The translations under genes were made by a program, and so were the position numbers. A DNA stretch of 63,943 nt, the filler included, from an uncultured Methanosarcinales archaeon (GTDB lineage: Archaea; Nanobdellota; Nanobdellia; Woesearchaeales; CAZXZL01): NCBI GenBank assembly GCA_964645415.1. It is 8 parts of 8 records of this genome, joined end to end, with 100 filler letters (N's around TTAATTAATTAA, not from the genome) between each part and the next. Parts side by side here need not be neighbours in the genome. Positions count along the whole stretch, not along the records: positions 44,328 to 51,748 come from CAZXZL010000042.1; positions 51,849 to 59,029 come from CAZXZL010000043.1; positions 59,130 to 63,943 come from CAZXZL010000055.1; 5 more parts are not named here. The stretch is one strand, 5' to 3'. Of the stretch, positions 50,457 to 61,342 are shown piece after piece. Numbering within the stretch: the first letter of the stretch is position 1; each line of letters starts with the position of its first letter. The notes under the pieces were generated by a model. The model was not told the origin of the DNA. It did not search any database and worked only from the letters and a program-made list of their open reading frames with translations.

Positions 50457-51206
50457 TTATCTAATGTCTTCATATATTAAATAAATAATAGTAGAAATAA
50501 ATAATACAATAGAAGTTAAAGTAATTACAATAATTGGTTCATATTTTAGGTTTAATTCATAAATATGTCTAAATAATATTCCAAAAAAAGCCCATATCAA
50601 TGTTAAACAATAAGGGATATCTTTATTTTTTAAACTAACTAATATTCCAATTATTGTTCCAATTATAATTAAAATAACTGTCCAAATCCATAAACTAATT
50701 CCAAAACCTTCCCATCCTAAACTAATTAAAAAAGCAAAAACATTTGCAATTGTTGCAACAGTTATCCAACCAAAATAAACACTAAATGGAACCTTAATTA
50801 AGAAAAAATCTTTTCTTGTAAAATTACTTTTAGAAATAATTAAAGAAATCTTAATTAGTAATAAAAGAATTATAATCATTAAAATAAGAGAAATACCAAT
50901 ATATAGATAATGCCATGAAAAAATCCATAATGCATTAGCAATAGATGTAACAATAAAAAGTTTTGAGATATCTTCAAATAAAGAATGATCTTTTATTAAT
51001 TGATATATGACATATATTCCTAAGAACAAATAAATTAAACCCCATATAGAAAATGTAAATCCTGTAGGAACAAAAGGATTAGAAAACATATCAGATACTT
51101 CAGAAGGAGTTATATTATTAATTGGTAATGCATTTGCAAGCCAATTTACAAATATCATCACAACATATGTAATTAAAACCATTAATTTAAGAGAAATCTT
51201 TTTCAT
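50457..51206 (-). CDS. TspO-like tryptophan-rich membrane protein
   Basis: P.GFTFSIWGLIY, NALWIFSW, PFSVYFGWITVATIAN. Confidence 0.8.
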   Translation of the reverse strand: MKKISLKLMVLITYVVMIFVNWLANALPINNITPSEVSDMFSNPFVPTGFTFSIWGLIYLFLGIYVIYQLIKDHSLFEDISKLFIVTSIANALWIFSWHYLYIGISLILMIIILLLLIKISLIISKSNFTRKDFFLIKVPFSVYFGWITVATIANVFAFLISLGWEGFGISLWIWTVILIIIGTIIGILVSLKNKDIPYCLTLIWAFFGILFRHIYELNLKYEPIIVITLTSIVLFISTIIYLIYEDIR

Positions 51207-51307
51207 ATATTATATTTTGATAAATTGATTTATAAATTTTATTAGAAAAAATAATAATTTAGTAATTAAGAAAAATTTATAAATAAAAACACTACTACAT
51301 AGTTACA

Positions 51308-51634
51308 ATGAAACTCAAAAAAATAGATGTTAATTTAGAAGGAATAATTGAAGATGAAGAGGGAAATGAGTATAAAGCAAAACCAATTGGAAATCCAATT
51401 AGTCTTACAGAAAAGAAAGATTCTGATTTAAAAAACGTAATTGAGTGTATTGCTCCATATGATGCAGATGCTTATTCATTAAGTAAATGTGAATATGTAA
51501 ACTTAGATTCAAAAGAGATCATTGATAATTATGATTTAAAATCTGTTCAATATTACAAATTTGAAGAAGAAGAAAAAGAAGAATTTTTTTCAAAAGATTA
51601 TATGAAAATTTATAATACAGATAAAAGAGTATAA
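51308..51634 (+). CDS. Hypothetical protein
   Basis: 108-aa acidic ORF with a TATA-like box upstream. Confidence 0.65.
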   Translation: MKLKKIDVNLEGIIEDEEGNEYKAKPIGNPISLTEKKDSDLKNVIECIAPYDADAYSLSKCEYVNLDSKEIIDNYDLKSVQYYKFEEEEKEEFFSKDYMKIYNTDKRV

Positions 51635-51689
51635 TTAATTTAATTAATTCTAAAAAATAGTAATTTTTTTTATTTTTTCTCATTTAATC

Positions 51690-51748
51690 TTCTTCGAAAC
51701 TAAGAAAAAAACTTTGTTTTTTTCAAGGTGAGAAATCTTTTGATTTCA
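51690..51748 (+). repeat. Double-hairpin repeat module, copy 2
   Basis: Near-identical to 44173-44227. Confidence 0.88.
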
Positions 51749-52094
51749 NNNNNNNNNNNNNNNNNNNNNNNNNNNNNNNNNNNNNNNNNNNNTTAATTAA
51801 TTAANNNNNNNNNNNNNNNNNNNNNNNNNNNNNNNNNNNNNNNNNNNNGGTTTGGTTTTCCATTTTGATTACCTTTCAGTTACAACTAATATAAATTAAT
51901 CCTTTATATTGTTTTTGTTTATTTACTATTCTTGAGTAATATTTTTCTTTTTTGAATTATTGTAATTTAGTTTTTTTTTTTTTTTATTTATAAAATTTTG
52001 TTTTTTTAGTCATATTTTGTTTTTCATCTTATTTTTTGTTATTTGTTGGAAAGGGTTTAGAGAAGTTTTTTTAGGTAAAATTTATTTTATTCTA

Positions 52095-52314
52095 AGTTTG
52101 TATTCGTATTTTGCTAAAGTTTGTGTATTCGTATTAAGCTAAAGAGTGTGTATTCGTTTAAGTGTAGTGTGTAGGGCAAAATCCTCTTTTGTTGTTTTAT
52201 CAGAATTTTATACTCTTTTCTATTATCTTGATAAGTTTTTATTTTTTATAGGCAAATCAGCAGATTTTTTACTTGGATGTGTTTTTAATTATGTATAAAA
52301 TTCCTCTTAAGTTG
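52095..52314 (+). repeat. 25-bp tandem TATTCG units, GTAGGGCAAAATC, and a ~100-bp inverted-repeat-bounded element
   Basis: GTATTCG at 52100, 52125 and 52150; IR GAATTTTATAC 52203-52213 / GTATAAAATTC 52293-52303. Confidence 0.8.
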
Positions 52315-52415
52315 TAGCTTTAAAGAATAATTTAAAAAAGAAATAATATCTAAAAAATAAGTATCAATGATAAGTATTATATATTTGAATTCATTTTTAT
52401 GTATAATATAAAAAA

Positions 52416-55259
52416 ATGTTATCTGATAAAGAATTAAAAAAACAATTTAGGAAAAAAGCATCATCAAACCCTGAAAAATACTATGCTACTGAATATTTAA
52501 AAGAAAAAGGTTACATGAGAAAAAAATGTAATTCTTGTGGTCTTTATTTTTGGACAACTAATAATAAAAGAGAAGTATGTGGAGATGCAAATTGTCAAGG
52601 TGGTCTTAATCTAAAAGATTTTAATGTAGATAAGATGACTTATATTGATGTTTGGAAAAATTTCTCTAAAAAATTTGATAAATTAGGTTATAAATCAATT
52701 CCAAGATATCCAGTTGTTTCTCGTTGGAATCCAACTACAGATTTTACTATGGCAAGTATTGCTGCCTTTCAACCATATGTTGTAAGTGGTGAAGTTAAAC
52801 CACCCGCAAAAGAATTAACAATACCTCAATTCTCATTACGTTTTAATGATATTGATAATGTTGGGAGAACAGGATCTCACATGACTGGTTTTGTAATGAT
52901 AGGACAACATGCATTTGTTCCTGAAAAAGAGTGGGATCAAGAAAGGTATTTTTCAGATATAAATAAATGGCTTAATAATGGTATTGGACTAAATAAAGAT
53001 GAAATTGTATTTCATGAAGATGTTTGGGCAGGTGGTGGAAATTTTGGTCCTTGTATGGAATATTTTGCAGGAGGAGTTGAATTAGGAAATCAAGTTTATA
53101 TGCAATTTGAACAAACCAATACAGGTTATAATAAATTAAATCAGATGGTTTTAGATATGGGAATGGGACAAGAGAGGAATGCATGGTTTACTCAACCAAA
53201 TAAAAATAGTTATGAAACAACTTTCCCAACAGTAGTTGATCATGTTTTTACAAAAACAGGAATAAATAGAAATACAGATATAATGAAAAAATTCAAACCA
53301 TATGCTTCATACCTAAATGATGATGAAACAGATAACTTAGATAAAGAATGGGAAAAAATATCTAATAAAATAGATATTGATAAAGATAAATTAAAAACAA
53401 CAGTTTCTAAAAATTCAGCTTTATATGCAATTTCTGATCATACAAGAAGTTTATTAGTCGCAATAAATGATGGTGCATTACCAAGTAATGTTGGAGGAGG
53501 ATATAATTTAAGAATAATATTACGTAGAACATTAGACTTCATTAATGAATATGATTACAATATTGATATTCATAAATTATTTGAATTACATGCTGAATCT
53601 TTAAAACCACAGTATCCAGAATTATCTGAAAACTTAGAATCAGTTCAAGAAATTATAAAAGAAGAAGTTTCTAAATATAAGAAAACAAGAAAAAAAACAA
53701 AGAAAAAAGTAGAAAAAATAACTAAAAAGAAAAATGAATTTAATTTTAAAGATTTAAAAAAATTATATCAATCAAATGGAATTACTCCTGAAGATATAAA
53801 AAAATACTCAAAAGATGTAAAATTACAAGAAGAAGGTTTTTATTCAAAATTAAGTAATAAGGACTCATCTAAATCTTCTAAAAAATCACATAAACACTCT
53901 TACTTAAAAAACTTTGATGGTTTTGAAAAAATTCCTAAAACAAAAAAACTATACTTTAATGATTATACAAAAACAGAATTCAGTGCTAAAATAATAAATT
54001 CATTTATTCATGATAAAAAAACATATATTGTTTTAGATAAAAGTTATTTTTATCCAACTTCTGGTGGACAACAAAGTGACAAAGGATATATTATTTACAA
54101 TAACGATAAGATAAAGATTAATTCTGTAATTAAATTTAATGAAATAGTATTTCATGTTAGTGATAGTGTTCATAAATTAGATAATAATAAAATTAAAGGA
54201 GTAATTAATGAAAAAAGAAGAAATCAATTAACAAAACATCATACCGGAGCTCATATTATAAATTATGCATCACATAAATATTTAGGTAAACATGTTTGGC
54301 AAGCAGGTGCTCATAAAACTGTAAAAAAAGGAAGATTAGATATTACTCATTATAAATCCTTATCATTACTTGATGAATTAGAAATCGAAAGAATTGCAAA
54401 TGATTTAATAAAAAAAGATGTTAAAATAGATACTTTCTTTGAAGACAAAGACAAAGCTGAGAAAAATTATGGGATGAGAGTTTATCAAGGAGGTGCAATT
54501 CCAGGAAGTAAACTTAGAATTGTAAAGATAAGTGACTATGACATAGAAGCTTGTGGTGGAACTCATCTTAATAGAACATCTGAAGCAGATTCAATAAGAA
54601 TTATTAACTCAACAAGAATTCAAGATGGTGTTGTTAGAATTGAATATGTTGCTGGAAAAAGAGCTAATGATATTGATGTTGAAAACAAAAAAATATTTGA
54701 TAAACTTAATAAAATTGCACAAAATAATAATTCAAAGATTTCTAATTATAACACTTTAGAAAATTTAAATTATTTAATTAAAAAATCAACAAAACTATTA
54801 AATATTTCAAGAAAAAAATTAGCTGAAAAAATAGTAGAGTTTACTACTGAAATTAATGAAAATAAAAGTAAACTTGAATTTTTAGAAGACGAATATAATT
54901 TAGAAGTAAATTATCCTTCATTAAATAAAGATATTTCCATTTATCAATTTGTTAAAGAAATATTTAATTTATGGAAAAAATATAATAGTATTTTAGAAAA
55001 TAATGAAGAAAAAGTAATTTCAGAAATTGATATTAAGTATGGGAAAGTTAACTTAAGTGTAAATTCTTTAAGAAAGGTAGCTGAAAAATATTTTGATGAT
55101 AATTTTTTAATATATAACTCAGATGGTTTTTTTGTAGTTAATGATAATAATCTTGAAGAAAAATTAAAAGAAAACAAAGTTGGATTTGGAGGTCGTAGTT
55201 ATAAACAAGGTAAAGCAGATATTAATCTTTTAAGTAAATTAATTAATACTTCTAATTAA
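52416..55259 (+). CDS. alaS: Alanine--tRNA ligase (archaeal type)
   Basis: RYPVVSRW, ASIAAFQP, WAGGGNFGP, DHTR, HHTGAH, ACGGTH. Confidence 0.97.
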   Translation: MLSDKELKKQFRKKASSNPEKYYATEYLKEKGYMRKKCNSCGLYFWTTNNKREVCGDANCQGGLNLKDFNVDKMTYIDVWKNFSKKFDKLGYKSIPRYPVVSRWNPTTDFTMASIAAFQPYVVSGEVKPPAKELTIPQFSLRFNDIDNVGRTGSHMTGFVMIGQHAFVPEKEWDQERYFSDINKWLNNGIGLNKDEIVFHEDVWAGGGNFGPCMEYFAGGVELGNQVYMQFEQTNTGYNKLNQMVLDMGMGQERNAWFTQPNKNSYETTFPTVVDHVFTKTGINRNTDIMKKFKPYASYLNDDETDNLDKEWEKISNKIDIDKDKLKTTVSKNSALYAISDHTRSLLVAINDGALPSNVGGGYNLRIILRRTLDFINEYDYNIDIHKLFELHAESLKPQYPELSENLESVQEIIKEEVSKYKKTRKKTKKKVEKITKKKNEFNFKDLKKLYQSNGITPEDIKKYSKDVKLQEEGFYSKLSNKDSSKSSKKSHKHSYLKNFDGFEKIPKTKKLYFNDYTKTEFSAKIINSFIHDKKTYIVLDKSYFYPTSGGQQSDKGYIIYNNDKIKINSVIKFNEIVFHVSDSVHKLDNNKIKGVINEKRRNQLTKHHTGAHIINYASHKYLGKHVWQAGAHKTVKKGRLDITHYKSLSLLDELEIERIANDLIKKDVKIDTFFEDKDKAEKNYGMRVYQGGAIPGSKLRIVKISDYDIEACGGTHLNRTSEADSIRIINSTRIQDGVVRIEYVAGKRANDIDVENKKIFDKLNKIAQNNNSKISNYNTLENLNYLIKKSTKLLNISRKKLAEKIVEFTTEINENKSKLEFLEDEYNLEVNYPSLNKDISIYQFVKEIFNLWKKYNSILENNEEKVISEIDIKYGKVNLSVNSLRKVAEKYFDDNFLIYNSDGFFVVNDNNLEEKLKENKVGFGGRSYKQGKADINLLSKLINTSN

Positions 55260-55341
55260 ATTATTTACATAACTGAAATCTCTATTTTTTATAATAATAT
55301 CATACTTTTCTTTTAAGACATCTTCTTTATCATATTTTTTA

Positions 55342-55881
55342 TTAAAAGAAATCATCTAATGTCTTACTTCTTGAAAAGAATTTTTTATTTCTATCTGCTT
55401 TAAACTCTTCTAAAACATGATTTAAGTTATTATAAGGGATTTTATTAGAAAATTCTAAAATCTGTTCAATACTTTTATTATAATTATTTGATCCAACTTC
55501 TCTATGAATTTCTTCAGCCATTAATGCTAAATCTTCATCATCACAACCAGAAGCACCAAATTTATTATAAATTTTTGAAAGTGATTTTAAACTAGGATGT
55601 TGTTCACCAAATTTTTTATTAGACTTATGTGGTTGAATAGGTGATTTTTTGGATAATTCTCTTGCAGAATATATTAATTCTACTTCATTAATATTATAAC
55701 CTTTATCCATTAATCTAAATATAGTCTGATTATTTGTATTATAATCTTCTTTAATTTCATATATCTTTTTCAAATTTTTATTGTCCAAACTATATTGAGA
55801 TTTTTTATTATTAAAATAATCTTCAGTAAATTTTGAATTAGAAATCATATCTTCAAATCCGTTATAATTTTTATCTTTCAT
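55342..55881 (-). CDS. Hypothetical protein
   Basis: 179-aa ORF. Confidence 0.65.
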   Translation of the reverse strand: MKDKNYNGFEDMISNSKFTEDYFNNKKSQYSLDNKNLKKIYEIKEDYNTNNQTIFRLMDKGYNINEVELIYSARELSKKSPIQPHKSNKKFGEQHPSLKSLSKIYNKFGASGCDDEDLALMAEEIHREVGSNNYNKSIEQILEFSNKIPYNNLNHVLEEFKADRNKKFFSRSKTLDDFF

Positions 55882-56023
55882 TCTATTATTATAAGATTAG
55901 AAACTATTATTTAAATATATTGTTTTTGTGTCTACTCTTTAGTTACATATGATTAATAGTGTAAAATATTTTCATTTTATGAACATCTTCTAAAGATTTA
56001 TATAACAAAAACTAATCACTAAT

Positions 56024-58813
56024 ATGATGGGAAAATCTATTAAAGTTAAAGGAGCAAGGGATCATAATTTAAAAAATATTGACGTTGATATTCCTAAAAA
56101 TAAATTAACAGTTGTTTCTGGTGTTTCAGGTTCTGGTAAATCAACACTTGCTTTTGATACTTTATATGCAGAAGGACAGAGAAGATATGTTGAAAGTTTA
56201 TCTAGTTATGCAAGACAGTTTTTAGGTCAAATGAAAAAACCTGAAGTAGATTCAATTGAGGGTTTATCTCCTGCAATCTCTATTGAGCAAAAGACAACTT
56301 CTAATAACCCAAGAAGTACTGTTGGAACAGTTACTGAAATATATGATTATCTAAGATTATTATTTGCAAGAGTTGGTGATCCTTATTGTCCAGAACACAA
56401 TATTAAAATTGAGAGAAAATCTCCTACTAAGATAACTGATGAAGTTATTAATGAGTTTAGTGGTAAGGAAATAGAAATATTTTCTCCAATTGTACGTGAT
56501 AAAAAGGGAACATATTCAACTTTAATTCAAGATTTAAATAAAGACGGTTTTATTGAAGCAATTGTTGATGGAAAAAGAATAACTACTGATGAAGAAATTG
56601 AACTTGATCGTTATAAAAAACATTCTATTGATGTATTAATTGATTTAATTGAAGTTAATGAAGATGAAAGAGATAGAATTCAAGAAGCTATTGAAGTTGG
56701 TCTTGATATGGGTGAAGGTCTTATTAAAGTAAATAATAAATTATTTTCTGAAAAGATGTCTTGTCCTAAATGTGGATTTGTTTTTGAAGAATTACAACCA
56801 AGAATGTTTTCTTTTAATACTCCTCAAGGAGCTTGTTCTGAATGTGATGGAATAGGATATAAACAAAAAGCAGATTATGATCTTGTTATTCCAGATAAGT
56901 CTAAATCTATTATGGATGGAGCAATAGATGTTTATAATAAAAGAGATTTAAGATGGAGGTCAAAACAACTTAGAGAAGTTGGAAATATTTATGGATTTGA
57001 TTTATTTACTCCAATCAAAGATTTTACTGAAGATCAATTAAACGTATTATTATATGGTTCTAATGAATCTATTGATGCTAATTGGCCATCCGGTGCTAAG
57101 ATGAGCATGGAAGATGGTTTTGAAGGCATTTTACCTCAAACTGAAAGAATTTATTACAATACTGATTCTAGTTATAAGAAGAAAAAATTAAAGAATTTTA
57201 TGATAAAAAAGAAGTGTCCTTCTTGTAATGGAAAGAGGTTAAAAGAAAAATCATTAAATGTATTGATTAATGGAAAAAATATTATTGATGTTACTGACTT
57301 ATCTGTTGAAAAAAGTTATGAATTCTTTGATAATTTAACTCTTGATGATAGTGAGAAGAAAATTTCTGGTCCTATTTTACGTGAAATTACTTCTAGACTC
57401 AAATTTTTAAATAATGTTGGTCTATCATATTTAACACTTTCTAGAGCGGCAGGTACTTTGTCTGGAGGAGAGTCTCAAAGAATTAGACTTGCAACTCAAT
57501 TAGGTTCTAATTTAACTGGTATTTTATACGTTTTAGATGAACCAAGTATTGGACTTCATCAAAGAGATAATGAAATGCTTATAAAAACATTACATAAACT
57601 TAGAGATTTAGGAAATACTTTAGTTGTTGTAGAACATGATGAAGAAACTATTAGAAAAGCAGATCATGTAATTGATTTAGGTCCTGATGCTGGAAGATAT
57701 GGTGGTGATATTGTTGATTCAGGTACTGCTAAAGAGATTGAAGAAAGAAGTATTTCATATACTGGAAAATATTTATCTGGTGAACTAAAAATAAATGTAA
57801 GGGATAATAGAAGAGATCCTGAAGGTTTTTTAGAAGTTAAAGGAGCAAGAGAACATAATTTAAAAAATATTAATGTTAAATTTCCAAAGTCTGCTTTAAC
57901 ACTTGTTACTGGTGTTTCTGGTTCAGGTAAATCAACTTTACTTCATGAAGTTTTATATAAATCTTTAAAAAAGAAAGTTTACAATTCAAGAGTTTCTCCT
58001 GGTGATCATGACAGTATTAAAAATGTAGATAATTTTGAAAAAGTTGTAATTATTGATCAATCTCCAATTGGAAAAACACCAAGAAGTAATCCTGCTACAT
58101 ACACTAAAACTTTTGGTAAGATTCGTGAGCTTTTTGCTAAAACTGCTGAAGCTAAATTAAGAGGATATGATAAAGGAAGGTTTTCTTTTAATGTTAAAGG
58201 TGGTCGTTGTGAGAAGTGTCGTGGGAAAGGAGAGGTAAAAATTGAGATGAATTTTTTAGCTGATGTTCACATTACTTGTGATGAATGTGAAGGAAAAAGA
58301 TACAATCGTGAGACTCTTGAAGTAAGATATAAGGGTAAAAATATTGCTGATGTATTAGATATGAGTGTTGATGAAGCTTATGAGTTTTTTGAAAAGATAC
58401 CTTATCTTAAAAGAAAATTAAAATTACTTCAAGATGTTGGTTTAGGTTATATTAAGTTAGGACAAAAATCAACTACTCTTTCTGGTGGTGAAGCTCAAAG
58501 GATTAAATTAACTCGTGAACTTTCGAAAAGGTCTAATAAAGATACTATTTATATTTTAGATGAACCTACTACTGGTCTTCATTTTCATGATGTAAAAAAG
58601 TTAATTCAAGTTGTTAATAGATTAGTAGATAAAGGTGGAACTATAATGATTATTGAGCACAATATGGAATTTATAAAAAATGCTGATTGGATTGTTGACT
58701 TAGGTCCTGAAGGTGGTGATAATGGTGGTGAAGTTATATTTCAAGGAACTCCTGAAGATCTTGTTAAAGTAGATAATAGTTATACTGGTAAGTATTTAAA
58801 AGATTATTTATAA
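56024..58813 (+). CDS. uvrA: Excinuclease ABC subunit A
   Basis: Two ABC modules [27 protein letters not shown], Zn fingers. Confidence 0.98.
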   Translation: MMGKSIKVKGARDHNLKNIDVDIPKNKLTVVSGVSGSGKSTLAFDTLYAEGQRRYVESLSSYARQFLGQMKKPEVDSIEGLSPAISIEQKTTSNNPRSTVGTVTEIYDYLRLLFARVGDPYCPEHNIKIERKSPTKITDEVINEFSGKEIEIFSPIVRDKKGTYSTLIQDLNKDGFIEAIVDGKRITTDEEIELDRYKKHSIDVLIDLIEVNEDERDRIQEAIEVGLDMGEGLIKVNNKLFSEKMSCPKCGFVFEELQPRMFSFNTPQGACSECDGIGYKQKADYDLVIPDKSKSIMDGAIDVYNKRDLRWRSKQLREVGNIYGFDLFTPIKDFTEDQLNVLLYGSNESIDANWPSGAKMSMEDGFEGILPQTERIYYNTDSSYKKKKLKNFMIKKKCPSCNGKRLKEKSLNVLINGKNIIDVTDLSVEKSYEFFDNLTLDDSEKKISGPILREITSRLKFLNNVGLSYLTLSRAAGTLSGGESQRIRLATQLGSNLTGILYVLDEPSIGLHQRDNEMLIKTLHKLRDLGNTLVVVEHDEETIRKADHVIDLGPDAGRYGGDIVDSGTAKEIEERSISYTGKYLSGELKINVRDNRRDPEGFLEVKGAREHNLKNINVKFPKSALTLVTGVSGSGKSTLLHEVLYKSLKKKVYNSRVSPGDHDSIKNVDNFEKVVIIDQSPIGKTPRSNPATYTKTFGKIRELFAKTAEAKLRGYDKGRFSFNVKGGRCEKCRGKGEVKIEMNFLADVHITCDECEGKRYNRETLEVRYKGKNIADVLDMSVDEAYEFFEKIPYLKRKLKLLQDVGLGYIKLGQKSTTLSGGEAQRIKLTRELSKRSNKDTIYILDEPTTGLHFHDVKKLIQVVNRLVDKGGTIMIIEHNMEFIKNADWIVDLGPEGGDNGGEVIFQGTPEDLVKVDNSYTGKYLKDYL

Positions 58814-58904
58814 TAATTATCAAGTTTTATCTTAATTCTTATCTCTTTTTTATATAATATTTAATTATTTTTTTAGTTATTAGTTCCTATATTATTCTAT
58901 TTCT

Positions 58905-59029
58905 TTTTGTTTCAACCTTTATCAAGCTTGGTCAGGATGGTACTATACTACCTGTAGCACTGTAGTTTCTATTAAATTCTATTTGTTTTTATTTTTATTT
59001 CTATTAGTATCTTTGTTTTTAGATGATTT
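58905..59029 (-). repeat. Mosaic repeat copy (partly decayed core hairpin 58940-58960)
   Basis: Minus strand AAATCATCTAAA...AAATAGAATTTAATAGAAACT..GTGCTACAG-GTA-GTATAGTACCATCCTG. Confidence 0.85.
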
Positions 59030-59129
59030 NNNNNNNNNNNNNNNNNNNNNNNNNNNNNNNNNNNNNNNNNNNNTTAATTAATTAANNNNNNNNNNNNNNN
59101 NNNNNNNNNNNNNNNNNNNNNNNNNNNNN

Positions 59130-59497
59130 TTTAAAAGTGAATAAAATCATAGATTTTAAAACAATTGAAGCAGAGTTTTCAAAGCGAAGAAAAACAAAGA
59201 GTTTTTTATGTTGTTTAAATCAAAGATTTAAAAGGTTAGTGAAATCAAAAGATTTCTCACCTTGAAAAAAACAAAGTTTTTTTCTAAGTTTCGAATAAGA
59301 CAAAGTCCTAAAGAGAGTAGAAAATAAAAACCTAAAGAGTGTCGAAATCAAAATCATCTAAAGAAAAAAATAGTAGGAGCTTATAAAAGCAAAAACAGAA
59401 ATAAATAGAAATTTATAGGAACTAACGTGCCATTCGTTAGAATGGTACCATCCTGGTCAATCTTGATAAAGATTGTGTGATAAAGATTGAGATTGAA
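59130..59497. repeat. Large mosaic repeat cluster (core hairpin 59427-59448; double-hairpin module inverted at 59240-59295)
   Basis: Contains four of the modules seen elsewhere. Confidence 0.88.
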
Positions 59498-60730
59498 TTA
59501 ATTAACATTATTCTTATAATCATTTCTAATACGTGATAAATCCCTTTCTTCAGTTCCAACTGGAATTGACAATCTTTGATTAACACGAATATTATCAGTT
59601 CTTATATCAGGATTATGTCTTTTAATATCATTTACACTTACTCCATAATTATTTGAAATTCCTGAAAGAGTATCTCCACTTTGAACATTATATGAATCAT
59701 ATACTGTTGCATCAAATGAGTTATTTTGTTCAAGATATCTATTAAATAAGTCTGCAGCAGATAATACTTTATGAACATAACGTCTTCCATTTAAAGCATA
59801 GTTTTCATTAAAGTATTTTGAAGTAATTTCATCATCTGAAAGTAACTTTGAAAGGTTGATATCATATTTTTCTATTTTATCTTTCCAAATATCTCTTAAT
59901 TGAACTTCGGATTCTGGATTTTTATGTTTATTTATATAATCTGCAACTAAATTACCTACATTAGCTTCACCTTGATGATAACCTAATATAGCTAAATCTA
60001 ATCTTCCAAAACGTTCATTTTTTAATCTATCTAAATACTTATGAGCGGCCTCAGTAGATTTAGTTGTAGAAAATCTTTCATCAATATTATTATTTACTTT
60101 TAATCCATATGTATTTGCAATATGAGGACCTAATTGATAAATACCTGCATTACCAGTATGTGATACTCCTTCAAGACTACCACCACTTTCAATTAACATA
60201 ATACCAATAGATACATCAATAGGGATATCATATTTTTGAGAATTTTTTCTAATAACATTATAATTTCCAGCAGCTATCTTTAATGCGTTATGAACACCAC
60301 CGTTTCCATCAACATGGTGATAAACTTCATTAACACCACTTTTTAATTTATTTAATTCATTTGAACTGTAATCGTTAAATAAATGATCAATTCTATCTTC
60401 AAGATAATTTGAACCTCTAAAATCATCTATATTATAATCATCATTTGTAATATTTTCTTCATTATTTAAATTAGAACTTTCTAAAGAATCATCTAATATA
60501 TTTTCAAGAGATTTATCTCTATTTTTATCTTTTATTTCATTTTCAATTCTTACTTGATTGCTTTGATTTGAATTAACTTTATTTTCATTAATCTGAGCTT
60601 GATTTGACCCTAAGTAAATTCCAGAAAGTAAACTTAAACCAACAGTACCTACTGCTAAAAACTTTTTTACTTTTTTTCTAAGTCTTTTTTCAGATCTTTT
60701 ATCCCATTTATTATGATAATTTGTCATCAA
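59498..60730 (-). CDS. Lytic transglycosylase (SLT/MltD-like) with C-terminal LysM domain
   Basis: IMLIESGG, AGIYQL, YGL....DERF...ST.AA.KYL, LAILGYHQG; LysM YNVQSGDTLSGIS..YGVSV.DI...N. Confidence 0.92.
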   Translation of the reverse strand: MMTNYHNKWDKRSEKRLRKKVKKFLAVGTVGLSLLSGIYLGSNQAQINENKVNSNQSNQVRIENEIKDKNRDKSLENILDDSLESSNLNNEENITNDDYNIDDFRGSNYLEDRIDHLFNDYSSNELNKLKSGVNEVYHHVDGNGGVHNALKIAAGNYNVIRKNSQKYDIPIDVSIGIMLIESGGSLEGVSHTGNAGIYQLGPHIANTYGLKVNNNIDERFSTTKSTEAAHKYLDRLKNERFGRLDLAILGYHQGEANVGNLVADYINKHKNPESEVQLRDIWKDKIEKYDINLSKLLSDDEITSKYFNENYALNGRRYVHKVLSAADLFNRYLEQNNSFDATVYDSYNVQSGDTLSGISNNYGVSVNDIKRHNPDIRTDNIRVNQRLSIPVGTEERDLSRIRNDYKNNVN

Positions 60731-60844
60731 TTAGTAAGAACACGACATATATTTAAATGTTTTCATTAAATAGTAAATAATTTTCAATTTTTTCTATAAT
60801 AAAAAAAACATTTATTAAATAGATACACTTTCCCATAATGCAAG

Positions 60845-61342
60845 ATGGTTTCTAGAAGAGAATTAAAACAAATTTCTCGTGAGGTCTATAAAGATCTTAC
60901 CAATCATTATAAACATCTAAAAGAGACGAGAAAAAGAAAAGGGGTAGGAAAGACACCTTCGTCATTTCCTAAGGAATGTTCAAGTTGTGAAAATGAAGTA
61001 AAACTAGCTTATATGGTTTATAATCATAAAAAGAAGAAATTTACATGTATTGATTGTTACATGAAATATTTAAATGAGAATATCGAAGAGATAAAGAAGA
61101 AAAAGTTAGAAAAGGAAAGTTTCATTGATAATAATATGATAAAAGAAGAAAATAATGAACCAATGAGAACTGGTGATCCTGAGCTAGATTCGTTTCTTAA
61201 TGATTATTTGACAGAAGCAGATGAAAGTAAGAAAACTCCTTCATTAGATGATGCTACAGAAAATGAGATTTTAGAAGATATAAAATCAATTAAAAGAGTT
61301 CCATTGGTAAGAGAAACAGTTGTAAAGAAATTTGATTTTTAA
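60845..61342 (+). CDS. Hypothetical protein with CxxC...CxxC zinc ribbon
   Basis: CSSC...CIDC. Confidence 0.65.
   Translation: MVSRRELKQISREVYKDLTNHYKHLKETRKRKGVGKTPSSFPKECSSCENEVKLAYMVYNHKKKKFTCIDCYMKYLNENIEEIKKKKLEKESFIDNNMIKEENNEPMRTGDPELDSFLNDYLTEADESKKTPSLDDATENEILEDIKSIKRVPLVRETVVKKFDF

Noticed and set aside
51849..51863. Possible gene start (ATG GAA AAC CAA ACC, minus strand) at a contig edge
   Set aside because: Only five codons are visible, so it cannot be assigned.
52095..52185. CRISPR array interpretation of the periodic TATTCG repeats
   Set aside because: The period is only 25-27 bp, the intervening sequence is semi-conserved, there are 2-3 units per locus, and no cas genes are present.
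58905..59497. Long inverted-pair (REPIN-like) structure spanning the gap
   Set aside because: Adjacency across an artificial linker is unproven, so it is kept only as a test within the repeat finding.
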